Assembly: GCF_004010195.1 (NCBI RefSeq)
Contig: NC_057726.1
Span: 39,914,083-39,978,082, forward strand
Origin: Chiloscyllium plagiosum
Taxonomy: Eukaryota
DNA length: 64,000 bases
Reading direction: 5' to 3'
The notes beneath the pieces are model-generated. The model saw only the letters and a program-made list of their open reading frames with translations, did not search any database and was not told the origin of the DNA. Below are positions 38,818-52,602 of this stretch, in pieces. The position numbers were made by a program, and so were the translations under genes. How positions within the stretch are numbered: position 1 is the stretch's first letter; each line of letters begins with the position of its first letter.

Positions 38818-41326
38818 TGTACCTACTAGAGAAGGTGCAAAACTTGACCTACTCTTGGGAAATAAGGCGAGGCAGGTGACTGAGTGTCAGTTGGGGAACA
38901 CTTTGGGGCCAGCGACCATAATTCTATTAGTTTTAATGTTTTGATGGAAAAGGATAGACCAGATCTAAAAGTTGAAGTTCTAAATTGAAGGAAGGACAAT
39001 TTTGACAGTATTAGGAAAGAACTTTCAAAAGCTGAATGGGCGCAGATGTTCGCAAGTAAAGAGACGGCTGGAAAATGGGAAGCCTTCAGAAATGAGATAA
39101 CGAGAGTCCAGAGAAAGTATATTCCTGTTAGGGTGAAAGGAAAGGCTGGTAGGTGTAGGGAATGCTGGATGTCTAAAGAAATTGAGAGTTTGGTTAAGAA
39201 AAGGAAGGAAGTGTATGTCAGGTATAGACAGGATAGATCGAGTGAATCCTTAGAAGAGTATAAAGGCAGTAGAAGTATGCTTGAGAGAAATCAAGAGGAC
39301 AAAAAGGGGGCATGAGATAGCTTTGGCAAATAGAGTTAAGGAGAATCCAAAGGGTTTTTACAAATACATTAAGACCAAAATGGTAACTAGGGAGAAAATA
39401 GGGCCCCTCAAAGGTCAGCAGGGCGGCCTTTGTGTGGAGCCGCAGGAGATGGGGCAGATACTAAACAAATATTTTGCATTAATATTTACTATGGAAAAGG
39501 ACATGGAAGATATAGAATGTAGGGATATCTAGAAAAATGTCCATATTACAGAGGAGGAAGTGCTGGATGTTCTGAAACGCATAAAAGTGGATAAATCCCC
39601 AGGACCTGATCAGGTGTACCCGAGAATTCTATAGGAAGCTAGGGAAGTGATTGCTGAGCCTCTTGCTGAGATATTTGTATCATTGATAGTCACAGTGAGG
39701 TGCAGGAAGTCTGGAAGTTGGCGAACGTGGTGCCACTGTTTAAGAAAGGAGGTAATGACAAGTGGTGCCACTGTTTAAGAAAGGAGGTAATGACAAGCCA
39801 GGGAACTATAGACCAGTGAACCTGACGTCGGTGGTGGGAAAGTTGTTGGAGGGAATCCTGAGGGATAGGATGTACATGTATTTGGAAAGGCAAAGACTGA
39901 TTAGGGATAGTCAGTATGGCTTTATGCATGGGAAATCATGTCTCACAAACTTGATTGAGTTTTTTGAAGAATTAACAAAGAGGTTTGATGGGGGCAGAGC
40001 AGTAGATGTGAAGTGTATGGACTTCAGTGAGGCGTTTGACAAGGTTCCCCATGGGAGACTGGTGAGCGAGGTAGGTTTCATGGGATACTGGGAGAGCTCA
40101 CCATTTGGATTCAGAACTGGCTCGAAGGTAGAAGACTTAGGGTAGTGGTGGAGGGTTGTTTTTCAGCCTGGAGGTCTGTGACCAGTGGAGTGCCACGAGG
40201 TTCGGTATTGGGTCCACTACTTTTCATAATTTATAAAAATGATTTGGATCCGAGCATAATAGGTATAGTTGGTAAGTTTGCTGATGACACCAAAACTGGA
40301 GGTGTAGTGGACAGCGAAGAAGGTTACCACAGATTACAATGGGATCTTGATCAGATGGGCCAATGGGCTGAGAAGTGGCAGATGGAGTTTAATTTTGATA
40401 AATGTGAGGTGCTGCATTTTAGATTAGATTAGATTACTTACAGTGTGGAAACAGGCCCTTCGGCCCAATAAGTCCACACCGCCCCGCCGAAGCGCAACCC
40501 ACCCATTCCCCTACATTTACCCCTTACCTAACACTATGGGCAATTTAGCATGGCCAATTCACCTAACCTGCACATCTTTGGACTGTGGGAGGAAACCGGA
40601 GCACCCGGAGGAAACCCACGCAGACACGGGGAGAATGTGCAAACTCCNNNNNNNNNNNNNNNNNNNNATAGGATAGTGAAGAAGGCATTTGGTATGCTTT
40701 CCTTTATTGGTCAGAGTATTGAGTACAGGAGTTGGGAGGTCATGTTGCGGTACGTACAGGAATTGGTTAGGCCACTGTTGGAATATTGCGTGCAATTCTG
40801 GTCTCCTTCCTATCGGAAAGATGTTGTGAAACTTGAAAGGGTTCAGAAAAGATTTACAAGGATGTTGCCAGGGTTGGAGGATTTGAGCCTTAGGGAGAGG
40901 TTGAATAGGCTGGGGCTGTTTTCTCTAGAGCTTCGGAGGCTGAGGCGGACCTTATAGAGGTTTATAAAATCATGAGGGGCATAGAAAGGTTAAATAGAAA
41001 AAGTCTTTTCACTGAGGTGTGGGAGTCCAGAACTAGAGGGCATAGGTTTAGGGTGAGAGGGGAAAGATATAAAAGAGACCTAAGCGGCAATCTTTTTACT
41101 CAGAGGGTAGTACATGTATAGAATGAGCTGCCAGAGGAAGTGGTGGTGGCTGGTACAATTGCAACATTTAAAAGGAATCTGGATGGGTATATGAATAGGA
41201 AGGGTTTGGAGGGATATGGGCCAGGTGCTGGCAGGTGGGACTAGATTGGGTTGGGATATCTAGTCGGCATGGATGAGATAGACCGAAGGGTATGTTTCCA
41301 TACTGTACATCTCTATGACTTTATGT
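38818..41326 (+). mobile_element. Longest CR1 copy (endonuclease end to 3' tail), frameshifted, with nested SINE and a 35-bp tandem duplication at 39727-39796
   Basis: PTREGAKLDLLLGN; ORFs 39046..40957; ctctatga tail. Confidence 0.93.
40419..40647 (-). mobile_element. Young HE1-type V-SINE nested in CR1, cut by a 20-N gap (40648-40667)
   Basis: (ttaga)n tail; near-identical to 51109-51334. Confidence 0.9.
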
Positions 41327-41694
41327 GAAAAAATACTTTGCAGTGTATTTTTATATCCATATGACAATAAATCTTTCTGTTAATGTAAATCTAAATGAGT
41401 CAATTCAGGCAATGTTTTGCACTGGGTTGACCATCGTAGGCGGATCATCATTTGGCAAGACAGAATGTTGATAGGAAACAGCCTCAGTCCTTAGTCACAA
41501 AGCATTGTATTTTCCCAAGTTATACATAGTATAACTTCCCTGCTGTCTCATGGTGCAGTAACTTTCCCAGTCACACAGTCAGCACTCCCCACCACACAAC
41601 ATGTTGCACCTTTCCATGTCTCACAGTGCCATATTTTGCTCAATTTCACAGTATAATTTTCTTTTAAATATAAAGCATTTCTGAGGCTATAAGA

Positions 41695-43070
41695 TAATAA
41701 GACAGAGATGCAGGATTATGGCATTCAGCGCATCAAGTCTGCTCTGCCATTATATGAGATCATCACTGATCTAATAATTCTCACATCCACTTTCCTGCCT
41801 TTTTCCCATAATTCTTGATCTCCTTGTTGATTAAAGTCTTTCTATCCTTGCCTAGAGTATATTTAATGATCTAGCCTCAATAGCCCTCCATGATAAAGAA
41901 CTCCACATATTTACAACCCCATGAGAAAAGAAATTCCTCTTTATTACTATCTTAAATATGCAACCCTTTATTCTGAGATTAAACCCTCTGGTCCGAGATT
42001 CTCCCACAAGGGGACATAATGTTTCCGCATCTATTCTGTTAAATCCTCTAAGAATCTTTTATGTTTCAATAAGGTTGCCTCTCATTTTTCTACATTCCAA
42101 TGAGCGCAGACCTAATCCACCAAACTTCTCCTCGTAAGACAATCCCTCCATAGCTGGTATCAGCCTAATGGAACTTCTCTGGACTGTCTCCAGTGTCAGT
42201 ATATCTTTTCTTAGATAAAGGACCCAACACTATTTACAGTATTCCAGTGATGGTCTGATTAATATTGTTTTAGTAAAGCCTTCATACTTTTATACTCCAT
42301 TCCCTTTGAAATAAAGGTCAACTTTCCATTTTCTTTCCTTATTATATATTGAACCTGTATGCTACCTTTTTGTGATTCATGTATGAAGACTCCTAAATTC
42401 CTCCGTTGTGAACTTTATGCAGTCTTTCTCTATTTAAATAACATTCAACTCTTCTATTCTTCCTACCAAAGTACATAACCTTCCATCTTCCAATGGCCAC
42501 ATTTTTTGCCCACTCACTTAACCTGTCTATTATCTCTCTTTGGGTACTTCGTATCATCCTCACCATTTGCCTTACCACCTAGTTTTGTGCCTGTCTATAA
42601 TACATTCATTTTCCTCATCCAAGAAATTAATATATATCATAAATAATTCTGGCCCCACACTAATTCCTATGGCACTCCTCTAGTTACAAGTTGCCATTCT
42701 GAAAATGTCCAACCCCCCCATCCCAACTCTCTGTCTCCAATAGTTCACCAAACTCCTATACATGCTAATTGTATTACCTTCAACACCATGGCGTCTCATC
42801 TTATTAAGTAGCCCTATGGTAGTATCTTATCAAAAGCATTCTGAAAATCCAAATATATTACATCCACACTTTCCCCATTATCTGTTTTTATTTTGTTATC
42901 TCCTCAAAGAATTTTAGTAAATTTTTCAGGCTCGATTTTCACTTCATAAAGCTATGCTGAATACATTTGATCATATTATGTATTTCTAAACATTCTGTCA
43001 ATGCATCCTTTATAATATTATCTAACATTTTTTCCAATAACATGTTTAGCTAACTGACCTAAAGTTGCTA
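41695..43070 (-). mobile_element. Old CR1-like LINE
   Basis: ORF 42393..42578 (DRLSEWAK...KVMYFGRKN); tcaaaagcattctgaaaatccaa RT remnant. Confidence 0.75.
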
Positions 43071-43764
43071 CACATTGAAATGCATTTGATGCGTATACAT
43101 GTTTAAATTACAAGCTTCACCAAAGATAAGTTTATAACTGTAATTAATTCATGAAACCACAGATATAAAAGCTCTTTAGCATTCTTTAGCATCCTTATGG
43201 GCCTTTTATAGTTTTGGTTATTTCCTTCAATGAGGAAGGTACGATGCTGCAAGCCATTGACAGCTGACGGGAATTGAATATTTCCTGTATTTAATAGTCC
43301 TTTAGCTGCATACAACTTTGCACATTTTTTGACTCTGTCACCTTCATGAAGCTTTATATATTGCAAGGTTATGATTTTCAATATTCAGATCATGTACAAT
43401 TCATGTTTGAAAAAATATAATTGAGACAGTCCCAGTAGGTTCTCCATCAATTTAATCAGTGACATTTCACTTCAATTTAGTATTAATTATATTCTCCTTC
43501 ATCTGATTATTAAATCTTTTGAATGATTTGTGACCCTGTTTATCTTTCTTCATTCCATATCGCCTACAGTGTCTCAGTTCTGTGTAAAATCTTTTGCTCC
43601 TACACTGGAAAACAGTCCATGAGTTCCTGGATAATTGATTATTTCTGGCAAAAAAAGAAAGCCTGCATTCTCTCCCTTTGCAGTGTGGAAAGGCATCTGA
43701 TTTGTGGCAAGAAGATGAGAGTTACAGATTGTCTAGGCCATTATTTACTTATCTATGCTATTTA

Positions 43765-43850
43765 ACTATGTGATCTGCCTGTATTGCTCGCAAGACAAAG
43801 CTTTTCACTGTGCTTCGGTACACGTGACAATAAATTTAATTCAATTCATT
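43765..43850 (+). mobile_element. Rex/Babar-like LINE 3' tail fragment
   Basis: cactgtgcttcggtacacgtgacaataaa matches the reverse complement of 48565-48600. Confidence 0.6.
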
Positions 43851-45271
43851 TAGTAAAAAGCAAGTGTTGCATGTCAACGCTTAGAGATCAGATTAATCCT
43901 TATTCCTACTGCATTCAACCTTGTATCTGATAATTGAATTTTTTATGATTATAAAATGCAAATACGTGACTGTGAAACTGAATGGTAGTAAATTTGGGTG
44001 TGGTGAAATTATATTCTTTGCTTTCAGCTAATTTATAATGTAGCTGAATTGAGTAACATTTCTGCAGTAAAGGAATTGTAATAATGAAATCTGTAATAAT
44101 GGAAATATAGAGTCTTAGGATCTCTAGTACACCGGGAGAATGAAACATGTGTCTCACAGATCAGTAGCAATCATCAAACATTTATTCTCAGAACATTGAC
44201 TAAGGTACAATTATATATTCTATTCCAACTATGGCATTAAATGCAGGTTCAAGTGATTTTATACAGTCACTGGATACCCTAGGGCATTGAATGTAGGATG
44301 TTCTCTGGCTTAGAGACTTTTTGAATTACTCAAACAACATTGAGAGGAGATTTCAGTTTTAACAGAACTGACAGTTGCTATAAATGAACTTGATTTTGTT
44401 TCTTTCCATGCGTAATTGAACTACCAGTCAGTAAAACATATAACCAGAATCCAAACACACGGATAACATAACTACCATTTGAATAGATATTCTAATCATT
44501 TGGACTAACTGTATTGGGAAAGTTGGTTATATTTAATTATTTCTGCCTACAACTTTTCATCTAGCTACATCTTGGATGCTAAAGTATCGATGCACAATTG
44601 GTGCATTTTCTTCAGCCTTGCACTTAAATGTATCTAAATGTGTCGATGTTATAATTTCCCTTATTGTCTTGTATGACTTTGGGAGAAGACCCATGAAAAT
44701 AGTGTATGTGAATAGACAATATATTTTGCTAGTTGTGAAGCTTTGCTTCAGTGTTTCTGTAGATTTTCCATTGTCACACAGCAGTGACTGGGAATATCTT
44801 AACTGGGATTCAACTACCGAAAGCTTTTCCTAGTTATCATGGAGTGATTCAATAGCATTGCACATAAGAGTAGAGCAAGTTGTACACAATGTTTGTAGCA
44901 CTAAAAAGGCTACATTTTCCTGCACAAGAATCAGGAGCATTGGTGAAGACTGAGTCAACTGTGGCTTTCAAAAGGCAATTGGATAAATATGTGAAGGGAA
45001 AAGAATTGCAGAGCTTTGGGGAAGACACAGGGGAGTAGGACCAGACGAGTTGTTCTTGGAGAGATCTTCCATGATATGATGGATTGAATGGCCTCTTTGT
45101 GTATCCATTCTATGAAGCAGTTCTAATATTTTAAAATTTCCTAACTATAGAGGGTAATTTGTTGTATTTTCTGTCACCATCCACCCATCTGTAAGTTCCC
45201 TATGACATTTTCAAGCTTGTGGGAAGCATACATGACTAATGATAATGAGCTAACCTCAGAATATAAAATGA

Positions 45272-45441
45272 AATTGCAACATTTAAAAGGCATTTGGATG
45301 GGTATATGAATAGGAAGGGTTTAGAGGGATATGGGCTGGGTGCTGGCAAGTGGGACTAGATTGGGTTGGGATATCTGGTTGGCATGGATGGGTTGGACCG
45401 AAGGGTTTGTTTCCATGCTGTACATCTCTATGACTCTATGA
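45272..45441 (+). mobile_element. CR1 extreme 3' end, flanked by atgaaattg repeats (45268-45276, 45438-45446)
   Basis: Homologous to 13870-14036. Confidence 0.9.
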
Positions 45442-45554
45442 AATTGTGCTCTGTTCCACTTAGTACACAGTTCATTCACAATGATTGAGCCCCATTACCT
45501 TCAGCACCAGGATTGTAAAATCTGTGTCAGAAACCCACCCAGTCTATTTCTATG

Positions 45555-46524
45555 AAGTTAAAAATCACATGACACCAGGTTATGGTGCAACAGGTTTATT
45601 TGGAAGTACACGCTTTTGGAGTGCTGCTCCTTCATCAGGTAGCTAATGGAGTTGGACACAGAATTCATAGTAAAAGATCACTGATGCAATGTATTGAACA
45701 AACCTAGATTGCTGTTAAGTCTTTCATCTTTTAGAATGGGTTGCAGGTTTCGATTCATTAATATGTAAATCCCAGAACTTCTTTCAAGTCAGATTCCTAG
45801 AGATAACTTAAGGTTTTATTAAAAAAGGTGATATCTCAGCTCAGACAATGCATTGAAGGTGTGAGGTTAGAGTCCGTAGGGATTCCAATCTTGAGTCAGA
45901 CTGGTTCTATTTCCAAAGTAGGAATTTATAAAATGTCACATGGATTATAAAAATATTAACTGCCTACTGATTGTGTACTTTTTGAACAAAGTAGAATGTA
46001 TCTGCAAATACAATTTTGCAAATGCAAATTCACCCCATAGACTTACGTGTGTGTGTGCGTGCATGTGAGAGAGTGTGTGTGTGTGTGCTTGATAGAGTGT
46101 GTACCTGAGTGTGATGGAGTTATGTGTGATGGATTACATACAGACTCTAACCTCACACCTTTAATGCATTGTCTGAGCTGAGATGTCACCTTTCTTTATA
46201 AAACCTTATCTTGGGAATGTGACTTGAAAGAAGTTCTGAGATTTATATATTAATGAATCAAAACCTGTAATCCATTCTAAAAGGTGGAAGACTTAACAGC
46301 AATCTAGGTTTGCTCAATATATTGCATCAGTGTAATCTTTTGATCTTTTGCTATAAATGATCTTTTGCTATAAATTCTGTGTCTGAGGATCCTATTCCAT
46401 TAGCTACCTGATGAAGGAGTAGTGCTCCAAAATGTTGTACTTCCAAATAAACCTCTGGGAGTATAACCTGGTGTTGTGTGATTTTGAACTTTGTCCACCC
46501 TAGTCAAACACCGGCACCTCCATA
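45555..46524. mobile_element. Penelope-like family B fold-back insertion (inverted pLTR copies around a GT-rich tract)
   Basis: 45555-45885 inverted versus ~46130-46491; same sequence as the arms of 20318-21780; hammerhead cores mutated (GAAA to AAAA). Confidence 0.85.
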
Positions 46525-49438
46525 TTATTTCTACAGTAACTGGTGTAGATTATTTTATTTGTTAAGTAAAGCTTTTGTTTTCATTGGTCATCCTATGTAA
46601 TGTTTTAATTCTGTATCAGCAAAAGTTAGCATTCCCACAGTTACAAAGACTAAAACATAGTCACTAGTAATGTCTCTGAATCCGTCCATATTGATCGTCA
46701 TTGCTATCAGATATCAGTCAGAATGCATTGACTGAAAGGGTGGTTAAAGCAAGATTAATCCTAACGTTCAAAAGGTAATTCAACACATTTTCAAAGAGGA
46801 CAGAAATGTCAATCCAATCATGTTTAAGCCTTCCCACCGTTCCCATCCAACCTTTTTATTTAAATCTTCATCTCCCCACTTCACCCCCAGGGCAAATATC
46901 ATGATGCGCTGTCTCCCACCCAGAATGATGACAACCACCTCCTGGAGTGCCCCATGCCCTCTTATGCTCTACCATCTCTCACCATTGTATGTTGAGTTGC
47001 CCCTCTCCACAATTATTGTCTCCCTGTGTCCCAGCATGTTGCACCTAATCTCCACACTTAACTTCTCTGAACTCCTAACCACAGCAGCAGCTGCGATAAC
47101 TTTCCTCAACACTCAGGGAACGGACCCCAGGACTAACCATGGCTCACTCCATTGACTGAATTGGAACAGCAGGCCTGGCGGATGACTAACCAGACCCCTG
47201 ACTGATATCTGTGCAGCTCGTCAACTGACTTACTGCTAATCCCTAGGTGCAGGTTGCATTTGACCTGCAGGACTGACCATGATCCACTCTCTGGACTACA
47301 GTGATATCGAAGCTCTGACCTACTCCCCCTGAGTGTGTCCCCTGGACTGACTACAGTCTCCTTGACTTGACTGATGACTACCTTCCCCTTGGACTGCCAG
47401 ACATTTGCTCCAGGCACATTCACTGTGTCAACTGCTTGGCACATTATGCAGGTGTGACATTGATGCCGCATGGTGCCTTAAAAGAACATATCCATACTTT
47501 GACTGATCATTGCTGGCAAGCATAATAATCTGCCTGGCTTTTTTGTCTAAGCTAGAAGGCAAAGCATGACAGAACTACTGTGAACCTGCAAGTTCTGAAT
47601 GATGTCGAAATGTGCAAAGAGGCAAAGCAAGGGAAGGAGAAGTCCTGGGAGTATCCAAATAGTTACAAAATCAATCAGTGCTAAGAAGGCAAGCCGAGCC
47701 CTGAGAAGCACCCTGGGAATGCTACACAGTCCTTTGGGCAAAACAGCCTGGCAACAGCATTGCAACGTAAGCTCCAATTTGGAGGTCCACATGCTCCAGT
47801 ATTAAATTGGTGAATCATATTATCAATGAGTTGAGATATATCATGCTGATGTGGTGAGGCTGGTATTTTGTCAACGCCAACCTCCATGGATGAAGATTGC
47901 AGGAGCATGCCTGTGGAGATGTTGGAGAATGCTGGTCAAGACAGATGCACAGAGGAAAGGCCACTAAGCTGCAGTCGCCAGGTAACTGCTCTGACTTTCA
48001 TGGTATGAGTTGGGGCTACCTAGTTTGTCTTCATTGCTTATGAAAATAGCAACCTGCATTTAAATCAGGTAGGAATAGATGATAATGAAATGATAATGTA
48101 TGCAAATAGGTCTCTTGCTGCTCACTAGTGTGATTCTCACCTAGTTGTTAACATTTTATGTGGGGAATGCAAATTTTTTGCTTTTACACTGAGAATCTCA
48201 TTATTCTGATCCTGCCATAACTTTCTAACTGAATCACCAATGCATACATCATTCAGGTGCTAAGGATACTCAAGCCAATATAACAAACGTGTGATAGATA
48301 AGGAGAAGGGATATAAAATAATATACTAATGAAGCTGAAGAGATAACAATGTGATATTATAAAGTGTGATGCAAAGAGAAGAAAAAAACTTGCTGCATTT
48401 CTGGAAAGAGTAACATAACTTTGTTGTGAGCTCATGCCTTAGTGGGTAATTTACAAGCATGCTCTAGGAAAGTCACTCATCCAAATATATTTTAGCCAAT
48501 CATGAGCAAACAAAGCCTACAATTGGCTTACGATTTGCATGAATTATTTGATTTGTTTTGAATCGATTTATTATTGTCACATGTACCTAGACACAGTGAC
48601 AGGTATTGTTTTACAAGCTAACCAGAAGACTTATACCTTACATTAGTGTATCAGGGTAATAGAACAGAATATAGTTTTATAGCTACAGAGAAGGTGCAGG
48701 GAAAGAAATGAATGAGAGTTCCGTTCATAAGTCTGAAAACAGCAGGAAAGAAGCTACGCTTGAATTTGTTATTACATGTTTTCAAACTTTTGCATCTTCT
48801 GCCTGATGGAGGAAGGTGGAAGAGAGTATAATCAGGGTGGATGGGGTCTTTGATTATTTTGGCTGCTTTCCCGAGGTAGCAGGAGGTGTAGACAGATTCA
48901 GTGCAAAGAGGGCTGGTTTTCTTGATAGACCAGGCTGAGTCCAGAACGCTCTGTAATTTCTTGCGGTCTTGCCACACCAAGCTGTGATGCGTCTGGATAA
49001 AATACTTTCTATTGTGCATCTATAAAAATGGGTAAGAGTCAATGTGGGCATGCCAAATTTCCTTAACCCTCTGAGGAAATAGAAGCTTTCTTGGCCGTAG
49101 TGTCGACATGAATGGACCAATATAGATTGTTGGTGATATTTACTCCTAGGAATTTGAAGCTCTCGATCACCTCCACCTCAGCATCATTGATACAGACAGG
49201 AGAATGCCCTCCACTCTAATTCCTGAAGTCGGTAGCCACCTCCTTCATTTTGTTGACATTGAGGGATAGATTGTTTTATTTACACCATGCCACTAAGCTC
49301 GCCATCTCCTACCTGTCTCATCATTGTTTGAAACCCAATCAATTACAATGGTATCATCAGCAAGTTTGTAATTGGAGTTAGAACTGGATTTGGCCACACA
49401 ATCATGAATATATAAGTACTATAGTAAGGGGCTGAGTA

Positions 49439-49532
49439 TTCTTGATGAAGGGCTTTTGCCCGAAACCTCGATTTTACTGCTCCTCAGATGCTACCTGAAC
49501 TGCTGTGCTCTTCCAGCACCATTAATCCAGAA
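49439..49532 (+). mobile_element. PLE family A mini-insertion (94 bp) with 8-bp TSD gctgagta
   Basis: TSD at 49431-49438 and 49533-49540; starts ttcttgatgaagggcttttgcccgaaacctc (mutated hammerhead). Confidence 0.82.
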
Positions 49533-51108
49533 GCTGAGTACACAGCCTTGTGGGGCACTGCTGTTGAGGATTATGTGGAAGACATATTGTCACCTCTCCC
49601 TACTGATTGTGATCTGTGGGTCAGGAAGTAGAGGATCTAGTTGCAGAGAGGGGAGCAGAGTCCTAAGACCTCGGAATTTGGAGATGAGTTTGGTTGAAAT
49701 TATGGTGCTGAAGGTGGAGCTAAAGTCAATAAATAAGAATAGGTGTCACTGTTATCCAGATGTTCCAGGGTTAGGTGTAAGGTCAGGAAGATGGCATCTT
49801 TCATGGACCTGTTGTGAGGTAGGCAAAATGAAGTGGATCAAGGCAATCTGCGAGATTGGTGTTAATATGTGCCATGACTAACTTCTCGAAACACTTTACA
49901 ATGATGGATGTCAGATCCACTGAGCGGTAATCATTAAGGCACGTTGCCTGATTTTTCTTTGGCACTGGGATAACAGTTGTCTTCTTGAAGCAGGTGGGAA
50001 CCTTACTCCATCTAGCTGGTTCACTCAGAATCTGAGTCTGTGGCTGGGGACTCCATCCAAGCCAGTTGCTTTCCGTTTGTTCACTCTTAAGCAGGTTGAT
50101 CTGACATCTGCAGTGGTGACTGTGGGTATAGGTGCACCCAAGGCTGAGGGGGCAGATAATTTCTCTGTTCTTCTGTTCCAAATGAGCATAGAATGCATTG
50201 CGCTCATCGGGAAGGGATGTATTGTTACCAGCAATTCTACTAAACTTTGTTTCGTAGCCTGTTATATTGTGTAAACCTTGCCATAGTTGCTGCGTGTTCA
50301 TGCGGTTAGTCTGGGACTCTAGATTAGTCTGGCATTGTCTCCCGGCATCTCTGATGGCTTTGTAAAGTTTGTGCCTAGAATTCCTGTACAGGTCAGGCTC
50401 ACCCAACTTGAACACCTCAGACATGGACTTTAGTAGAATGTGGCTCTCCCGGTTCTTCCATGTTTCTGTTTGGGGAACACTCGGATTAACTTGTCATGTA
50501 GTCCTCTACACACTTAGTGAAGAAGTCTGTAATGGTAGTGGTATGCTCACTTAGATTGGCCACTGACTTCTTGAATGTGAACCAGTCCACCAACTCCAAA
50601 CAGTCACATAGGAGCTCACCCATTACCTCAGACCAGCATTGTACGACTGTAGACCCTCATTTTTCAGTTTCTGCTTTTAAGCTGGAAGAAGGAGCAGAGC
50701 CTTCTGGTCTGATTTTCAAAATGAGGGTGGGGGAACAGAGCAGTACAGTAGGCATCTTTGATAGTTGTATAGCAATGGTCAGGGGAGCTTGGGCCTTGGG
50801 TCGGACAGGGGATGTATTAATATCTTGGTAGACATGCCTGAAGTTGGCCTGGCTGATGTCACTGGCTATGATGAACAAGGCTTTGGGGTATTCTGTCTCA
50901 AGGCTATTTGTCACAGTGTATATTTCACCAAGTGGTTGTCACTTCTGCATGGGATGGAATGTAAGTTGCTGTCAAGATAACAAAAGTGAACTCCCGCAGC
51001 AGGTAGAAGAGGCAGTACTTTACTGTTAGATATGTGTTGCTGGAAAAGCGCAGCAGGTCAGGCAGCATCCAGGGAACTGGAGAATCGACGTTTCGGGCAT
51101 AAGCCCTT

Positions 51109-51424
51109 TTAGATTAGATTACATTACAGTGTGGAAACAGGCCCTTCGGCCCAACAAGTCCACACCGACCCGCCGAAGCGCAACCCACCCATACCCCTAC
51201 ATTTACCCCTTACCTAACACTACGGGCAATTTAGCATGGCCAATTCACCTGACCCTGCACATCTTTGGACTGTGGGAGGAAACCGGAGCACCCGGAGGAA
51301 ACCCACGCAGACACGGGGAGAACGTGCAAACTCCACACAGTCAGTCGCCTGAGGCGGGAATTGAACCCGGGTCTCAGGCGCTGTGAGGCAGCAGTGCTAA
51401 CCACTGTGCCACCGTGCCGCCCAC
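51109..51424 (-). mobile_element. Young full-length HE1-type V-SINE (tRNA-derived head)
   Basis: Minus strand GGCACGGTGGCACAGTGGTTAGC (A box), GGGTTCAATTCC (B box), V-domain, (tctaa)n tail. Confidence 0.93.
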
Positions 51425-52566
51425 AAAATTGCGGTCCTTGAAGAAGGAGGCCATCTGGGTTGTGCGTTTTTGGAACTGGTCCTCCTGGTCCTCCGCTACA
51501 TCGATGACTGTATCGGCGCCGCCTCGTGCTCCCACGAGGAGGTTGAACAGTTCATCCACTTCACCAACACCTTCCACCCCGACCTCAAATTCACCTGGAC
51601 AGTCTCAGATTCCTCCCTCCCCTTCCTCGACCTTTCCATTTCTATCTCAGGCGACCGAATGCAGGCATAGCTGGGGCCTATGCGGGTGCCCATGGCTACT
51701 CCTTTCGTTTGGAGGAAGTGGGAGGGTTGGAAAGAGAAGTTGTTCAGGGTGAGGACCAGTTCAGTCAGTCGAAGGAGGGTGTCTGTGGAAGGGTACTGGT
51801 CGGTACGGCGGGAAAGAAAGAAGTGGAGGGCTTTGAGTCCTTCGTGATGGGGGATGGAGGTGTACAGGGACTGGTTGTCCATGGTGAAAATAAGGCGTTG
51901 GGGACCGGGGAAGCGAAAATCATGGCGCAGGTGGAGGGCATGGGTGGTGTCCCGAACGTAGGTGGGGAGTTCTTGGACTAAGGGGGACAGGACGGTGTCA
52001 AGGTAGGCGGAGATGAGTTCGGTGGGGCAGGAGCAGGCGGAGACAATGGGTCGGCCGGGGCAGTCAGGTTTGTGGATTTTGGGCAGGAGGTAGAAGCGGG
52101 CGTTGCGGGGTTGCTACTTGCCGGCTACTTGCGGAGCGTTTCAGAGAACACCTCTGGGACACCCGGATCAACCAACCCAACCACCCTGTGGCTCAACATT
52201 TCAATTCCCCCTCCCACTCCACCAAGGATATGCAGGTCTTTGGACTCCTCCATTGTCAGACCACAACAAAACGACGGTTGGAGGAGGAACGCCTCATCTT
52301 CCGGCTAGGAACCCTCCAACCACAAGGGATGAACTCGGATTTCACCAGTTTCCTCATTTCCCCTCCCCCCCGCCTGTCTCAGTCAAATCCATCAAATTCA
52401 GCACCGCCTTCCTAACCTGCAATCTTCTTCCCGACCTCTCTGCCCCCACCCCAGTCTGACCTATCACCCTCACCTTGACCTCTTTCCACCTATCACATTT
52501 CCGACGTTCCTCCCCCAAGTCCCTCCTCCCTACCTTTTATCTTAGCCTGCTGGACAAACTTTCCCC

Positions 52567-52602
52567 ATTCCTGAAGAAGGGCTTATGCCTGAAACGTCGA
52601 TT
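52567..52602 (+). ncRNA. Minimal hammerhead ribozyme motif (family A) in the pLTR downstream of the GIY-YIG ORF
   Basis: AUUC-CUGAAGA-A-GGGC-UUAU-GCCU-GAAA-CG-UC-GAUU. Confidence 0.72.

Noticed and set aside
39727..39796. 35-bp exact tandem repeat (CRISPR-like or functional repeat?)
   Set aside because: Only two adjacent units with no spacer; a simple duplication within a dead CR1.
46820..48200. Cluster of short ORFs in a GC-richer patch (similar patches at ~8470-8900, ~14200-14750, ~54870-55500)
   Set aside because: Probably old repeats, but I could not identify motifs, termini or a family with any confidence.
51360..51424. tRNA gene
   Set aside because: A and B boxes are present but continue into the V-SINE body; this is the tRNA-derived SINE head.
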